From Spironucleus salmonicida (Eukaryota): DNA of 64,000 nt. The notes below the pieces were generated by a model. That model made no database searches, was not told the DNA's origin, and saw only the letters and a program-made list of their open reading frames with translations. Shown here piece after piece: positions 28,182 through 42,250 of this stretch. Position 1 is the first letter of the stretch. Each line of letters begins with the position of its first letter. The stretch is taken from the NCBI RefSeq assembly GCF_000497125.1, contig NC_090604.1:268651-332650 (forward strand), given 5' to 3'. The position numbers were made by a program, and so were the translations under genes.

Positions 28182-28253
28182 GGGGAAATCCGGGAATGGA
28201 ACCCGGGACCTCCTGTACCCAAAACAGGAATCATACCACTAGACCAATTTCCC
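28182..28253 (-). tRNA. tRNA-Pro(TGG)
   Basis: Reverse complement GGGAAATTGGTCTAGTGGTATGATTCCTGTTTTGGGTACAGGAGGTCCCGGGTTCCATTCCCGGATTTCCCC folds as a cloverleaf. Anticodon arm CCTGT-TT-TGG-GT-ACAGG. Confidence 0.92.
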
Positions 28254-29993
28254 ACAACAAGTATTTAGAGCAGTTACAATGAGGGTTAAATAAGAAAAAA
28301 GATAGGAGAATCAGTAATGCAGTGATTAAAGAATAAATTATGGCAAGATAGTAGCAAGTTGCGTGTGGTAACGCTTGCATAATTCAAGCGAGTTGCATAC
28401 GCTAAAGAAATACTTGGAAAATAGCTATAATCACCGATAAGACAGAAATACGTTTAGCACGATATTTATTGCTGCTAGTATTTATAAAATAATTGAAAAA
28501 GTCATCTTGGTAGTTTTATCCACTGGAAATGCATGCCCGAGAGCGCACAAGTTGTGTTCAGAATAAAAAGTTGAAATCATTATTATAAAGGAATGGAAAC
28601 TGTTATTGAAAATTAATTTTAATTTAGTAGCATATTGTATAATAATTATTTGGGAAAGCTGTGCAATACAAAAATGAATTGCAAATAACTCATTAAAAAT
28701 AGTAAGGATGATAAATCATAAAATTGACTAATTCTATTACTTAAGGTTCCTCATAATATTTCAAAAAACACAAAACTAACATCTCGCGTGGCGGGTACAT
28801 CTACGCTCTCAGTACTCTCATTCACCACTTGTCTTCCTTCGAAACTATCTACGCTCCCTAACTAATTAATTTTGAAAGGCGACTTACGCGTTATTTAATG
28901 ATACTGGTTTTTGACGTGAATAACAGTTTTACCAGGATAATACTGTACTATTTTCTTCCAGTTTTTACCTTATGCCTCAACAAGTTCAAGGAGATACGTT
29001 TTCTCCTATTGTGTCCATTTATGGTTCTTGCGAAGGTCCTAGGTCATAGTCTTATTTTTACGCATATGATTATAAAGCTTATTTTGCAGCTCTTGCTTGT
29101 CAAGCATGGGGAAGTATGGTGTAATAGAATCCCATGCTATGGTACCTGATTATGTCTTATGTTCACGGGCTAAGTTAATTAACAGTTTTATGTTCATTTA
29201 TAGATTGAAGACGTGAGTCACTAACTAAATTATTAAGTATATTCAAAGTGTTGTACTGTAGATGAAAAAATTAAGATCTAATTATATAGTATAATATAGA
29301 AAATCAAATGATCTCAAATCTTTGATAATATCTAGATAATCCTAAACTTGATATATTCCTTTATATATTTAATATTAATGCCTTTACTGTAAAAAGAATA
29401 CCACACCAATTTTGGAAAAATTAATTATGCAAATAATTATTAATATTATTATTAAGATGCCAGATTTTCTCTAATTCTAAATATGAAATTATTAATATAA
29501 TAGAAAATAGTTAGTAAAATATTTCTACAACTAAACATAACCCCTACTTACTGGTGATTATATAATAAATTAATAAATATTATATATTTTTATGTTATAT
29601 ATTTCATAAACTAAAATTTAGTAATCACCGCGAGCAGTACTGGTTGAATCAGATATTTATTACCTTACTTATGCAATTATATTTAATACATATAATAAGG
29701 TTGCAAAATATTCACTATATGTTCCATTAAATTTACGTATTAACCTAGTTCATTTTCACCTTACTCAAAAAATGGTAATAATATTGTATTATAATAAAAT
29801 ATATTATTAACATACCTACAATTGGGATATATTACTAGCTGTAATATGTATATCAAAATTATTGACAATAACAATGATTATAGTTAGATGAATAAAAATT
29901 CAGCCTCTGCGCATAATTTTTACTTATTGTTTATCATTCTCTATTTATAGTATAATATTAAATATTGTAGTAAAATCACCCGTTCCCTTATAA

Positions 29994-30377
29994 ATGGACG
30001 AAAAAATCCTAAACATTATTACTGCAGTAATTGCAATTGGTATTGCCGCTTTGGTTTTTGTGTCAGTACTTCTCACTAATATCACAAATTGGATTCGTGG
30101 TGCCTTTTTCATTCTTTCACAGTTACTTATTGCACTAGCGCCTTACAAGCAGTAGGCTTCTTTCGGCTTTCTTGTTAACCCTATCTCCCGTCCTTTATTT
30201 TTGATTTTAGTATCTGGATTTTATTTCCCCGATTTCAATGGGTTTTGTTCAGGTGGTTCATGGCTTAGCTGTCTCCTCGGAATAGCAAGCCTTGTTGGCG
30301 TTATTTACGGTTTCATCTTAATGATTTTTTATGTTGTCTTGATGGCAACTAAGAAGATTGACTACAAACAGTGCTGA
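29994..30377 (+). CDS. Small multi-pass membrane protein (127 aa), possibly COPI-associated/Tvp15-like
   Basis: MDEKILNIITAVIAIGIAALVFVSVLL...FGFLVNPISRPLFLILVSG...KKIDYKQC-TGA, with about 4 hydrophobic segments and TGAGTGA at the end. The family call rests on motif resemblance only. Confidence 0.8.
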
Positions 30378-31207
30378 GTGATTCAAGCCTAAATAATAAT
30401 GTATATGTAAAGTATCTCAATCACTATATTCCTCTATATATGGATTTGTATTTCCAGAAAAACTGATAGTTCGTACTCTGAAATTGTCTAGATCACTTGG
30501 TTCGATATCTATCTCATAAGAATTATTCGTATCCATTTTATAAAAACGAAAATATAGTAATATAATACAATAATTGATTTAGCATTAAACCACATTTTTT
30601 TAACTTTAAGATATGTTAATAATATGTTTTTAAGTAATAAAATTATTTATTCTATAATTTTCTTTTAAAATAATATAATTTTTTAATCTAAATAAATTAT
30701 TTAAAACTATTTAAAAATATAAGATATCGTAGAATTTACATTGACATAACATTAAGTCAAATTTTATAAAATAAAATAGGTGTAGGATTTATAATTTAAA
30801 ACATAATTATAGAAATAAAGTCATTTAATGAATGGTATGATCGCTTTAGATCATTGTGTACGGACTGATTAAACTTTGATAAATATGTTATTCTACATAC
30901 CCCAGTCTATGATACATAGTTATGAACACTCAGATTTCAGTCATTCATTGCAGCAGGAAACCCATAAACTACTACCAGAACTGGTTAGTTTCGGGATTTA
31001 AAAAGCTTTACCTGGAGTATAGTAATATTTACTATTATTAGTTTCATTTTGATACGTTCGTTTCCACACAGATTATATCAACTAATGAGATATCTTATTG
31101 ACAATGATCTACATATTAAATTAGAGAGTTCTTGATGTTATTTCTAACTTAAATTTGGGATTGGGGACTGTATTATCTCATATGGTAGGAAGTACTTGTT
31201 TTTGCTA

Positions 31208-34200
31208 CCGTCACGAAAAGCAGATTGGTGACATAACGATATGGGCTTGCGCGTCCTGAACGTCAGAATATATATGGTGCACCGATTATGACGCTTCAAA
31301 ACCAGAATTTGCGGTGTTTGGAAATGCTGAGAACTTTCTCGCCAAAGTGCAGGGCGGTGCTAGGTGCAGGAAGCGCGGTTTACATTTTTAGTTTATTAAG
31401 ATCATTATTATAACTATATACTATACAACGTATATAGCAAAAACGGAATTCCCCAGTTTCTGCATATACCCATATTCAATATAGCTGATACAGGAGCCCA
31501 GGGGCAGAGCTCGGAGGCTGCAGTCGGTCTGTATTGCGAGGCGGTGCGATAAATGGGAATTGGGGAATGCGAACGTGCAGGAAAGCCTGCTAAGTGCGCT
31601 TCGGACAAGAAATAAAAATTGGAGAAGCAATACCAGGGAATGGGAAGGTGCCGCATGCAGCCACATAATTAGGGGCAGCTTCTTTCCGTATTTCGCTATC
31701 CCGAGAGCGAGACCCAGCTGATAATGCGGTTAGAGCCAGCCTGTGGTATAGGTGGGCAGCAGAACCACTGCAGCGCGGCCCAGACCAACTTCCAGGAGGT
31801 TGCCTAGCTCAATGAGGCCCTTGAGGGGATACCTTGCGTAAATTCTTAGGAGCATGCTAGGCTGTCTGGGAAGCGCACTTATTTATTAGCATCGTTGGGC
31901 GTGGTAAGAGCCCCCAAAGCCTGCTTGCTGCGTTGCAGAGTGCGCTTTCTGGAGGTGTTATTACCGCGTACCTGCATATCCCAGTTCACTGCTCCAAGGC
32001 CCTCTCGGTGTACCGCGCTGATACCAGTGCGCGTGGTAGGCTCATGCAGTTCCGCTACAAGACCCAATTCGGAGACTTACCTTATATACATCTACAAGCT
32101 AGAAAACACTGGGAAAACTGTTCTCACAAATATATACTTTATAGATATAAATACGTTATTCAGTCTTTAGTTTTTGGATATAATAATTTATACACCATAT
32201 CAAGCAATATTCAATAAATTCGAAACTGGTAAGTTATTTTATATAACGGTTATTCTGCTATAATACTTGCATCCACCCTTCCAAAAATGATCTTCGCCGG
32301 AACATGTGACAGCGTAAATGCCCGCTGTCAGGCAGGATTTTACTGCCCGGCCACCGGCAGCACTGAAGTTACATGCCTCCCTTGCTCCGATGATATAAAA
32401 CTCGGTCAAGGCTGCTACTGTGTGGACAATACAGCTATTACCAATTGTAGAGCATGCGCAGAGTAAAAATGCTCCTAATGCATCCCCAGAAGTTTTCTAG
32501 ATGGAGATAAGTGCACCTTGTGTTCAAAGGGGTGCGGTAAGTGTACGAGCCCTGATTCATGCGAGGCTTGCGCTGAGGGCTACACCATGGAAAATAATAT
32601 ATGCGTTAGAGTTTGCAATTCTTTAAAAGGCTGCTAAAATGAATTTTCGACTTTCTGCGACTTGACCGTAAATCGCTGCGTGAAATGCGAATCAAATTGT
32701 ACTATTTGCTCCTCAAAAACAGTGTGCAACTTCTGTAATTCAAGCTCACATACTACTACTATAGACGGAACGTGCACGACCATCTGCAATAACCTCCAAG
32801 ATGGATAATACTGCAAGAATGGCGCTCCAACATCGTGCGCGGAAGGGCTTGATTCGGCCTGCAAATGCGGAGATGCTGTAAACTGTGCCTCCTGCGATCA
32901 CACTAATGCTGCATGTGAGACATGTTTACCTAATATAGTGAAGGCGAAAGGCGGGGCGTGCACAGAATGTACGGACGGGTATGAAGTTAGAGGAAGATTG
33001 TGCTGGCCCAAGTAGGACGCAGGCTAGCAGAATAAAATAGGTGGTGGTGCGATTGCCGGCATTATCATAGGGGTTTTGGTGGTTGCTGGTGCAATTGGTG
33101 GCGGCTTGGCATACTACTTCATCAAGAAGGCCAGGAAGTGATAGAGTTTGGCATAATATGGGTGGATGGCCCCGGTATCATCTAGTCGTGCTGGAGCAGA
33201 GGCCGTACGGATTTGAGCAGCAGGCGCGGGAATAAGAGAAAGTGGAAATTATCGTAGTGGTTCGAACTGTGCTCTGAGAGGCGCGATTATTCCTGCTGGC
33301 GGGAAGATGCAGGCTGATAACTCAAAGTATCAATCACCCACTGTCTTGTCTGTGGCTTTGCATACTCTGTGCATGCTAGTATTGGGATAGCTGGCCGTGC
33401 AGGGCGAGTGCTGGCCGCCAGTGGACTCATATTGTCGTCATAGGGTGTCATATTCAATCTAATACGTTAGTGTCTAATATTAATTGGAGCGGAATTTTAA
33501 TTTTGGTATCTAGTTTATATAATATGCAGGATACTAATCGCATCATGAGCTTAGCTCTGGATACCCAACCTAGTCCCAACTTAGCAAAATAGAAAAACAT
33601 GAAAACCAATTTGCGCTCTTTAGGAGAATCATGCTACAGTTCCTCAGTTCGAAACAGAAGACCACCCGCACGCTGTAAGGCACTGCAAAACCATGCTAGG
33701 TCGGTCATATCTGCCAGTCACCCGCGTAGGATCCGAGAAGTGTGTCCCGTGCACATACCGCACGAAGCTGGACCTGGGATGGTATGCCGACGACAGGGAG
33801 ATAGTAGACGGCAAGAAATACGGATTCGCTGCCTGGGCTGAGGGCCCTCCTGGGCCTTTCTAGACAGAATCCCGTACACCGCATACGCACAACCCTGCAC
33901 AAATTGCCTTCGGGCGTAATGAAGGGGAGCCCAAAATAGTATATTCGATTGTTCGACGTATCGAGAGTGCTGAGCAAATGGTGCAAAGGCATGCTATGCC
34001 GCTCCAACGAAGCGCTGCGCCTGTGCGAGTCAAAATGTTATGTTTACGCTTCTGCTGCATTTTGCAATTCCCGCGATGACAACGGCTACAGTACTACCAT
34101 ACGCGGTAACGGAACCGCGAACTGCAACTATTTTTAGGAGGGTATTCTAACTACTTATCTGGAAGGTATTTCCCCCGCATGTGAGTGCGATGCCGCAGAA

Positions 34201-36007
34201 AAGGCACTTCCTGCAGCTATGGTCAGGACGGCGGCAAGGGAGGTTTGCCGAATGTTCTGTTGGGGATGAGGAGAAGTGGGCGGAGGAGCATGAGATGTTA
34301 GCGGGGTTGTGCAGGAAATGCTACCAGGATTAGCGTATGTACTATATTGAATGCAGTCGTTTAGTTTATTGCATTAGAATGTGGTTTGAATAGTTTTAGT
34401 TTTGAATAGTTGTATTTAGCTAGCTATTTAGTATTTAGATAATATTTCCTAATACAATTATAAGTAGTAAAATATTTACTACTCATTCCCAAGTAAATAA
34501 TGCTTAATATAATATATGTTACATGTACAAAAATAAAAATCAATAACTGAAGCTTGACTTATGTTAAACTGAAACTATATTACTTATAAATTGATTAATT
34601 TATCGAGCTTCTGTAAAATAGGGTAATACATAATATTATAGGAAAAGGAAAATGAAAAGGTAAATTGTATGTATTATCCAAAACTTATCAGGTTTAATCC
34701 TAAAAGTGTTATGATAACTAATGAATATAATATTAACATAAAAATATTTTCCCATCTAATTGAACTTAGTCATTCTCAGCTAAGGATATGACAGATTAGA
34801 ATGTCTATTACTTAAATTTTACAAATTTAGTTATTAAGCCTTAGATCATATCATAGATGGTATAAGGATAGTGGAAAGTGAAAGTTCTTACCCAATAATG
34901 TAGTCAGTGAACAAACCTATCTCTCATACCACATGCTATAGAAATAATAAAATATATTCTATGCTAGCATTGCTACTTTAGGAAAGCATGTAAGATAAGC
35001 TAAAGTTAAACCTAGGTTTATTAATATTCTGGCATACTGTGCTGCAAGGGGAATGCATGTATAGACTCAAGGCTGATTAGTGGGACAGCTGGGATCTGAA
35101 TAGAAGTGGTGTCAACACCTATTACTACATCTTAACTGAAAAGTAAGGGAAACCTGTATTACTAGTAGGAAACTAGAATTTAGGATGCTATCAGTGAAAA
35201 CATACCAACAGAAGAATACGGTACCAGCCAAACTTCTGATACCTCGGGGGTATCGAGCATGGATAGTAGCACGGGTTCTGGTACGGTCCGGAGTGGCTGG
35301 TATGATCCTGTGTATTTAGGTGTCAGGCTAGCCGAGAAGACATTATTGAAACCATATTAGCCATTCTCAGCATTCTTTCAGTTTACCATATAAGAATGAC
35401 ATAAATATTTTTGAGTTTTGCAGCCATGTTAGTCTAAATACTATCCGAATAAACTATTCACTACTATTTTAAAATATGAATTATTTTATTATACTAGAAT
35501 AATATTGTTAGCTTCGGTCAGCATAAAGTTGGTTTGAGCAGTAGTTATGTTTAAATACCCATAAGTCCAACTATCACCAGCAATCGGGTATTTAGTAAAC
35601 TTACTGCTATTTCTGCAATAACAGGAGTATTATATAATATATGAATTTTTCACTTTTAGTTTTTGCAGTATTATATTAGTATGCACAACTATTATAAACT
35701 CAATTTAAAGATTTACGTGTTTTAAAGATTATAAGTTACTACGCACTTTGCATAAACTATTATAACACCACTCATGCCTATAATAAAGGCATCACCATTT
35801 CTTTTGTTAAATCTACTGCGATTTCTCTACAACTACTTTAAGTAAAATTTACTAAATTATACTTATTTGCACAATATCAATTCCTCATTTAATAGCAAAC
35901 GCTATCCATAAAATATTTCACTTCCACTTCAATAGTGAAAAACACGAAACTGCAATCCTCGGTATTATTCACAGTTACACTGTAGTCATGTTTCCACTTC
36001 TATCAAA
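31208..36007. repeat. Inner arm (right) of inverted duplication; partner 16964-21759
   Basis: Reverse complement of the left inner arm; track ORFs at 31414-32217 mirror those at 20750-21553. Confidence 0.92.
32287..33141 (+). CDS. Cysteine-rich membrane protein, CRMP1-type (284 aa, KKARK)
   Basis: Code-6 [17 protein letters not shown]...FIKKARK-TGA; mirror of 19826-20680. Confidence 0.92.
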
Positions 36008-38152
36008 ATGTCAAACTAGTGTTCTTCTAGCGATAAAAATTCCTGCAGTTAAGGGACTTTCTGCCCATCAAACGCAGGAACTACTTCTGTAGAATGCCTT
36101 ACATGCAAAAAAGAGTGCGCCACCTGTTCAGGAGACACAACAGAAACTGTAACATGTTTAACCTGCGCCGATGGAAAGTATCTTAGCGGGGCAGCCTGCA
36201 CAGACTGCGATTCGAAATGTGCAACCTGCTCAGGAAGTGGAGCCAGCGCCTGCCAAACCTGCAAAAATGGGAACGCTCTAAGCGGAACAACTTGCTCTAC
36301 CTGCGTTTCCGGAGACACCAAAAAGTGCACCTGCGGTTCGGCTGAGAACTGCTCTACTTGTTCGACTGATATGACAAAATGCGCTACCTGCATTGGTGAA
36401 TATGACATGGCTGCGAATCCTCCTTGCTCAAAATGCAAGGAAGGCTACTTTGAGAATACTGATACCCCAAAAACCTGCACAAAATGCGATGAGAAATGTG
36501 CAACCTGCGCAGGGAGTGGAGCCAGTGCATGTATAACCTGCGCAAATGGGAACACTCTAAGCGAAAGTTCGTGCTCCACCTGCACGACAAGCTAAACTAC
36601 TGCCTGCACGTGCAAAATGGCGAAAAACTGTTAAACATGTGATACTACCGATACGGGCAAATGCTCAACGTGCATCAACGACTACGATCCAACCGCAACT
36701 ACCCCATGCTAAGCATGCAAGGACAAATTCTTCGAGGATACTTCTGCAACTCCTAGTAAATGTACATCCTGCTCTAATAACTGCACGGCATGTACGTCCA
36801 GTTCCGCTTGCACGGTTTGCGAAGATGGATTTTCTCTCATAAACAACAAATGTGTAGCCTGCACTGAAAGCTAAACAACTGCCTGCACGTGCAAAATCGC
36901 GAAAAACTGTTAAACATGTGATACTTCCGATTAGACAAAATGCAAAACATGCATTAATAACTACGATCCTGCCGGAACCACTGCTTGCGCGAATTGTTTG
37001 ACAGGATTTTTCAAGGAGACCAAAAATGGGAATGATACTTGCACGGCCTGCTCTGAAAATTGTACAACCTGCTCTTCTAGTTCAGCTTGTACCGTATGCA
37101 AGGATGGATTTTCGATCGACTCCAGCAAGTGCGTAGCCTGCACAGATGAAAACTGCACGACCTGCACAGCTAGCAAAGACACCTGTACGGTTTGCAAAGC
37201 TGACTTTTCGCTGTAAAGCGGTAAATGCGAGAAAAACTGCAAAACAGGTGACGGCAGCTGCGCCCCGAACCAAATCTGCTCAACGATCTGCAAAGACTGC
37301 ACCGGTAACTGTGCCACGTGCAAGGATGCAGTAAGCACGTGCGTGACCTGCGAGGCCGGCTTTATGTTGAACAGTGAAAAATGCACAGCATGTCCCGACA
37401 ACTGCGCGAACTGCGACGACAATAAAGACACCTGCAAGCTTTGCAAGGACGACTTTTTCGCCACGGATAAAACCTGTACGGCTTGTACGTCAAACACCAC
37501 AGAGCAGTGCACGTGCGGTGCAGCAACTAACTGCGCTACCTGCGATTCTTCTAATAAAGGAAAGTGCGGCACCTGCATTACCGGCTACAAAAAGGCGTCA
37601 GACAGCACCTGCTCCATCTGTGACGACGGCTACCTGATGGTAGATATGGCCTGCTAGAAATGCGAGGCCAAGTGCGCCATGTGCTCCGAAAGCCTCGAAA
37701 CGTGCGATACCTGCGCCATTTAGCACACCATGAGCATCAATTAAACATGCGAGAAGGATTGCACGGGTACACTGGCAGAGGGCAAGGCGTGCACTGCCGA
37801 AGCGATTGTGGACTGCGGGAGCAGCAGCCAGGTAACTGCGTGCAAATGCGATACTGCTGCAAACTGCCTCTAATGCAATAGTTCGGATAGTAAAAAGTGC
37901 GCATCCTGCATGCCAGGCTACAAATTAGAAAATGAAAAGTGCACCACCTGCGCAGACGGGGCCACCGCCGTGGGCTCATTCTGCTTCCTACAAGGCGAGA
38001 CGCCCAGCACCAACCTCTCCAGCGGCGCCGTTGCAGGCATCGTCATAGCTGTCCTGGTCGTTGCGGGGGGAGTCGCCGGTGCCGCTTTCTGGTACATGAA
38101 GAAGTCCAAGGCCAACTAGGAGGTGGAGAAGCAGAACTTCAACATGCAGTGA
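36008..38152 (+). CDS. Large cysteine-rich membrane protein, CRMP2-type (714 aa), copy B3
   Basis: Code-6 ORF MSNQCSSSDKNSCSQGTFCP...KKSKANQEVEKQNFNMQ-TGA. Confidence 0.93.
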
Positions 38153-38949
38153 GAATTTACGTGGAATTAAGTTTGGAACTATGCATATGGCGCCCCGTTG
38201 AATGGTGATACTTTAGGAGAGCAAACTTGAGAATCTGTGATTAATAAATCTGGAAAGTTGATTTCTTATTCATTATCAATCCTTGCTTGCTATTATTCGG
38301 ATATTTTCAGCATTATTGGGCTAGCAAGTAACGGCGTATTTAAATTCTGCAAATTTATCAAGTCCTGGTGCTCTGCTAAACTGTTATTCCGCAGCATTTT
38401 GCTAGCTTAAATATTATGCTGCGCGTCGAATTGCTAAAACATGCAATGACCCTTGGAACGGGATGCAACGGATCGTAGACGTTAAATAGAAGTTCCAAGA
38501 TGAAATTAGCAGGTAATTGGGTACGCGAATGGTAAGGAGAGAATTTGCAGTTCTAAGCTAATTTTGAATGTTAATGGAAATTTGCAGCTAGAGTAAATTT
38601 TATGGTAGTTATTCTAGTTTATAGTGTTATGCTACCATTCTGTGAGCTACTGTAGACTGACTAAATACAACTATGAGGAGCCATCTGGAAAAGCGAAGAT
38701 AGAGTATAACATGGATAAGAAGTTAAGAATTCGAATCGAAATAGTTTATAGAATTGTATAATAGAACCGTTGGTTATTTGAAAACGATTATTCGAAGAGG
38801 GGAGAATTCAAAAATAATTTTTTATGTATAATTATTTAACCAGACCCAAGGATATTCATAAATTTTGATAAATAGGTTAAGTGAGTATCATATCAAATTA
38901 TAATTTTTGATAATTTTAAATTATATGGGTCAGTTTTTAAGTATAATAG

Positions 38950-39888
38950 ATGGAGAACTTCACAAATGCAAAAGTCTTAATTAAAGATAATAATTGTAAA
39001 GAATCGGTGTACATCGAAGTAGTCGTAAATAAAATGATACTAGAGGTATAAATAAATTAAGTAAAGGTGAACGAATAAGATTACTGAATAACTTAAAAAA
39101 AGAAGATAAAAGTATTCCCTTAGGGTAATGAAAACAAATACTTCTAACTCAAACCGGATGCACTTAAAAGCAATCAAGAATATTACAAGTATCTAATAAC
39201 TAACAAGGAACTAACGTATAAAAATAAAACATAGTATTAAGAAACATAATATCTATTAAAGGATTATGAAGTAGAATCTGCTAAAAAGATTTAACCAATT
39301 GCTAGAGATTTGTATTTCTGGTTAATTGCAAAATAACTATTTTTTAAAATAAATAAAACAGATCGATAAGCAGTAGTTAAGGATCAAGAATCAAAACCAA
39401 CTTACAAAGAAGCGATCTAGGTTCTGTAGAAGTAAGATACCTTAGAGGACTACTCAAGGAGGTTATCAAAAATATTGATTAAACTAAAGTAAACTTCAGC
39501 CAAGCTAATTATAATAATATGCAATCGTCTTTATTAAAGTTTGAAGAGGATAGTAAATGTTAAATTTAGATATTATAGTAAAATATTAATGACGAGATAT
39601 ATTTCGTTAAAATTAACAGACAGGCTATTGTATGACATGGTCGAATAAGTTGCAGCGTTATCAGAGTACTGTTTTAAGGGTAAGAAATAAGGTGACGTTA
39701 GACTGTACAACACGATAGCTATTTTAGACACGATTCTGTAAGAAAACTAATCAACTTTATCTAAGGTATGTAAGATTTACTTATAAGAATTACTTAATAG
39801 AATTTTGAAAAACAATAAACAAAAAGATCTCATTAAGTTAGTTGAGAATCTATTTTAAATAGTAACAAAACGTTAACATGGTGTATGA
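38950..39888 (+). pseudogene. ~312-codon hypothetical ORF with one internal TGA (39085-39087)
   Basis: MENFTNAKVLIKDNNCKESVYIEVVV...QDY*ITQKKKIKVFP...LVENLFQIVTKRQHGV-TGA in one code-6 frame. No domain recognised. Confidence 0.55.
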
Positions 39889-40973
39889 TGTGAATCTATT
39901 TTAAAATTAGTAATAAATTTTATTTTTTACTTCTATAATATTTTTTTTATTTTTTAAACTCAATAATAAATGAGAGATACTATTTTTTCTGTTAATGGAA
40001 GAATGATTTTATATGCTCTTCGCTGCTGTGGCTTACCCCATTGATCTATTCCTATCAGAAATCATGGTCTTTGACTTCGAGTAAGTTAAATTGTTGGCTG
40101 AAATGGTTTTCTAAAAAGTTAGATATTTTGTGTTCATAAAATTATGATCCCCTTTCTGGATAGCCGGTTTTCATTTTTAATATACTGGAATAACCAATTG
40201 TTTACCTTGTTAGGGGTTCATTCTACTAGTAGATAGGCACCATTAAGTTCCAAATAAAATTATGTTTAGTGGGTTTAGAAAAACTTCAGTATTTTATAGT
40301 CGTGATACGAATTTAAAATATTTGATATTTTAAAAAATCTTTAAATAACCTTCATGTGGTACTTAATGATGGATACTACTGAACTATTATATCATTGCTA
40401 GCTGAAATTAAAATTATTTTACCTTTGATCTATAAAAGTTCACACTATAAGTTTGTCTTAATACAGTTAATATTTATAATTTTACCTTTTTAATAATACT
40501 AAAAATATACCGTATTTGATATATTTTTATTTAAAACTTATTTACTGAAATTTATCAATCAACTTAAGTGCTAAAAGTCATATTTGAAGGAAACTGAGCA
40601 TTTAATAATGTAAATTTACTCGAGAGGATATTTTATAAAATTAGGTTATTTTTACTATTATAGTTAAAAACTTCAAAACAATAAATTTATGGAATGGTAA
40701 AAATGCATAAGATGCTTTAAAATTAATTCTAATTAACTACTTCTTTCATTGTGCTTTGTTTTTAGTCATATTTATTAATCTTCAAAATAATTTTTAATCA
40801 TATCCCACGAAATGTGCTAATATTTTGTAATTCTTTATCAACCTCAGATTTAACGAAATAACTTAATACACTATTAAAGATAAATAGCTTGGAAATGAAG
40901 TAAATTGAACAAAAAGGATATGATTAAATTTTAAAATATTCCTACTATTATATTTCTAACTGGAAAATGGCTA

Positions 40974-41849
40974 TCACTTCTTGGCCTTCTTGACAAAATA
41001 ATAAGCTAAACCGCCACCAACTGCTCCCACCACAATCAATACTGTTACTACAATTCCAGCTACAGCCCCTCCTGAAAAATTAGAACCTTCGCCAGAGGAT
41101 GATAATGGTAAACAGATTGCTGCAACTGGTTCATAGCCATATGCACAGTCAGTACAATTACCCTCAGTATTAATAGCATATCCTGCTAAACATGTTGCAC
41201 ATTAGGTTTTATTATCATTACATGTAGCGCATCTAAACATATTTGCACATTTGCACTAAGAACTAGATGAAGCACTGCAAGAAGTTGAAGTGCCATCCTA
41301 GCAGAATTGCCCATCAGCAATACCAGCACACTCTGCAATACATTTTCCATCGATAGTGGTCACAGGTTTTGCTTTGTGTCCTTCGCATTCTAAGCAAAAG
41401 GTAGCAGATGTGCAGAAAGCACAGTCTTCTTAGCAAGGCTTGCAATGTTTAACAGAGAAATCACAATATCCAAGATGCTTACTATTGCAGTCTTTATGAT
41501 TAGAACATGATTTTACACAGGTTTTAGATGTTGGTTCTACAATAAATCCAGCTTTGCACGTAGTACATTTGTTTTCCTATCCTTCACAAGATTCACAGTT
41601 ACTGTTGCATATGGTGCATTTTTCTGTAGTATCTAAGAAATAATTAGCTATACAAACGGAGCATGTTCCATCTTTACACTATTAACAATTTTTAGTCGAT
41701 ACATTTTCTTTACAATTACAACCGTATCCAGTAATAATTGCATTATCAGCACAAGGCTTACAAGCAACGAGATCGTTATCGTTCGTAGGACAATACGTAT
41801 CTATTTTGCACTTATTATCACCGTCTTTACACTGACCACTCACTGCCAT
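40974..41849 (-). CDS. Cysteine-rich membrane protein, CRMP1-type (291 aa, KKAKK)
   Basis: Code-6 ORF MAVSGQCKDGDNKCKIDTYCP...LAYYFVKKAKK-TGA; paralog of 12351-13226 with the same length. Confidence 0.92.
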
Positions 41850-42250
41850 TTTATGTTTGAGATATTTTTAAAGATGTATAATATTGTATATATTGAGTTT
41901 AATACTATTGATTTACAAATATTGATTTAATTATAAACAAATGTATATTACTGTATTAAAAAAAGTGCGATCATTTATTATTTTATCAATTTATATGTAT
42001 ATCTAACATATATTTCAAAAAATTATTGAATGCATTTAAATATTAATTAAATTGTAAACTCGGAATATTATACAGTATCATAGGTAGTATGCTAAAATTA
42101 TAAAAGCTTAATACATTACTTGAGTTTCTATTCATATTCAATATGCTTTGTTCACATATTTCCAAATAGTGAAATAAATAAGTAATTGATATTATTTTCA
42201 TTACTACATGTTAATTTCTCAGGAAAATCAGTATTTATAATAAACTCTAG

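Noticed and set aside
28708-29208. Coding-like region downstream of tRNA-Pro
   Set aside because: Multiple TGAs, or no convincing start, in the frames I read. No product can be supported.
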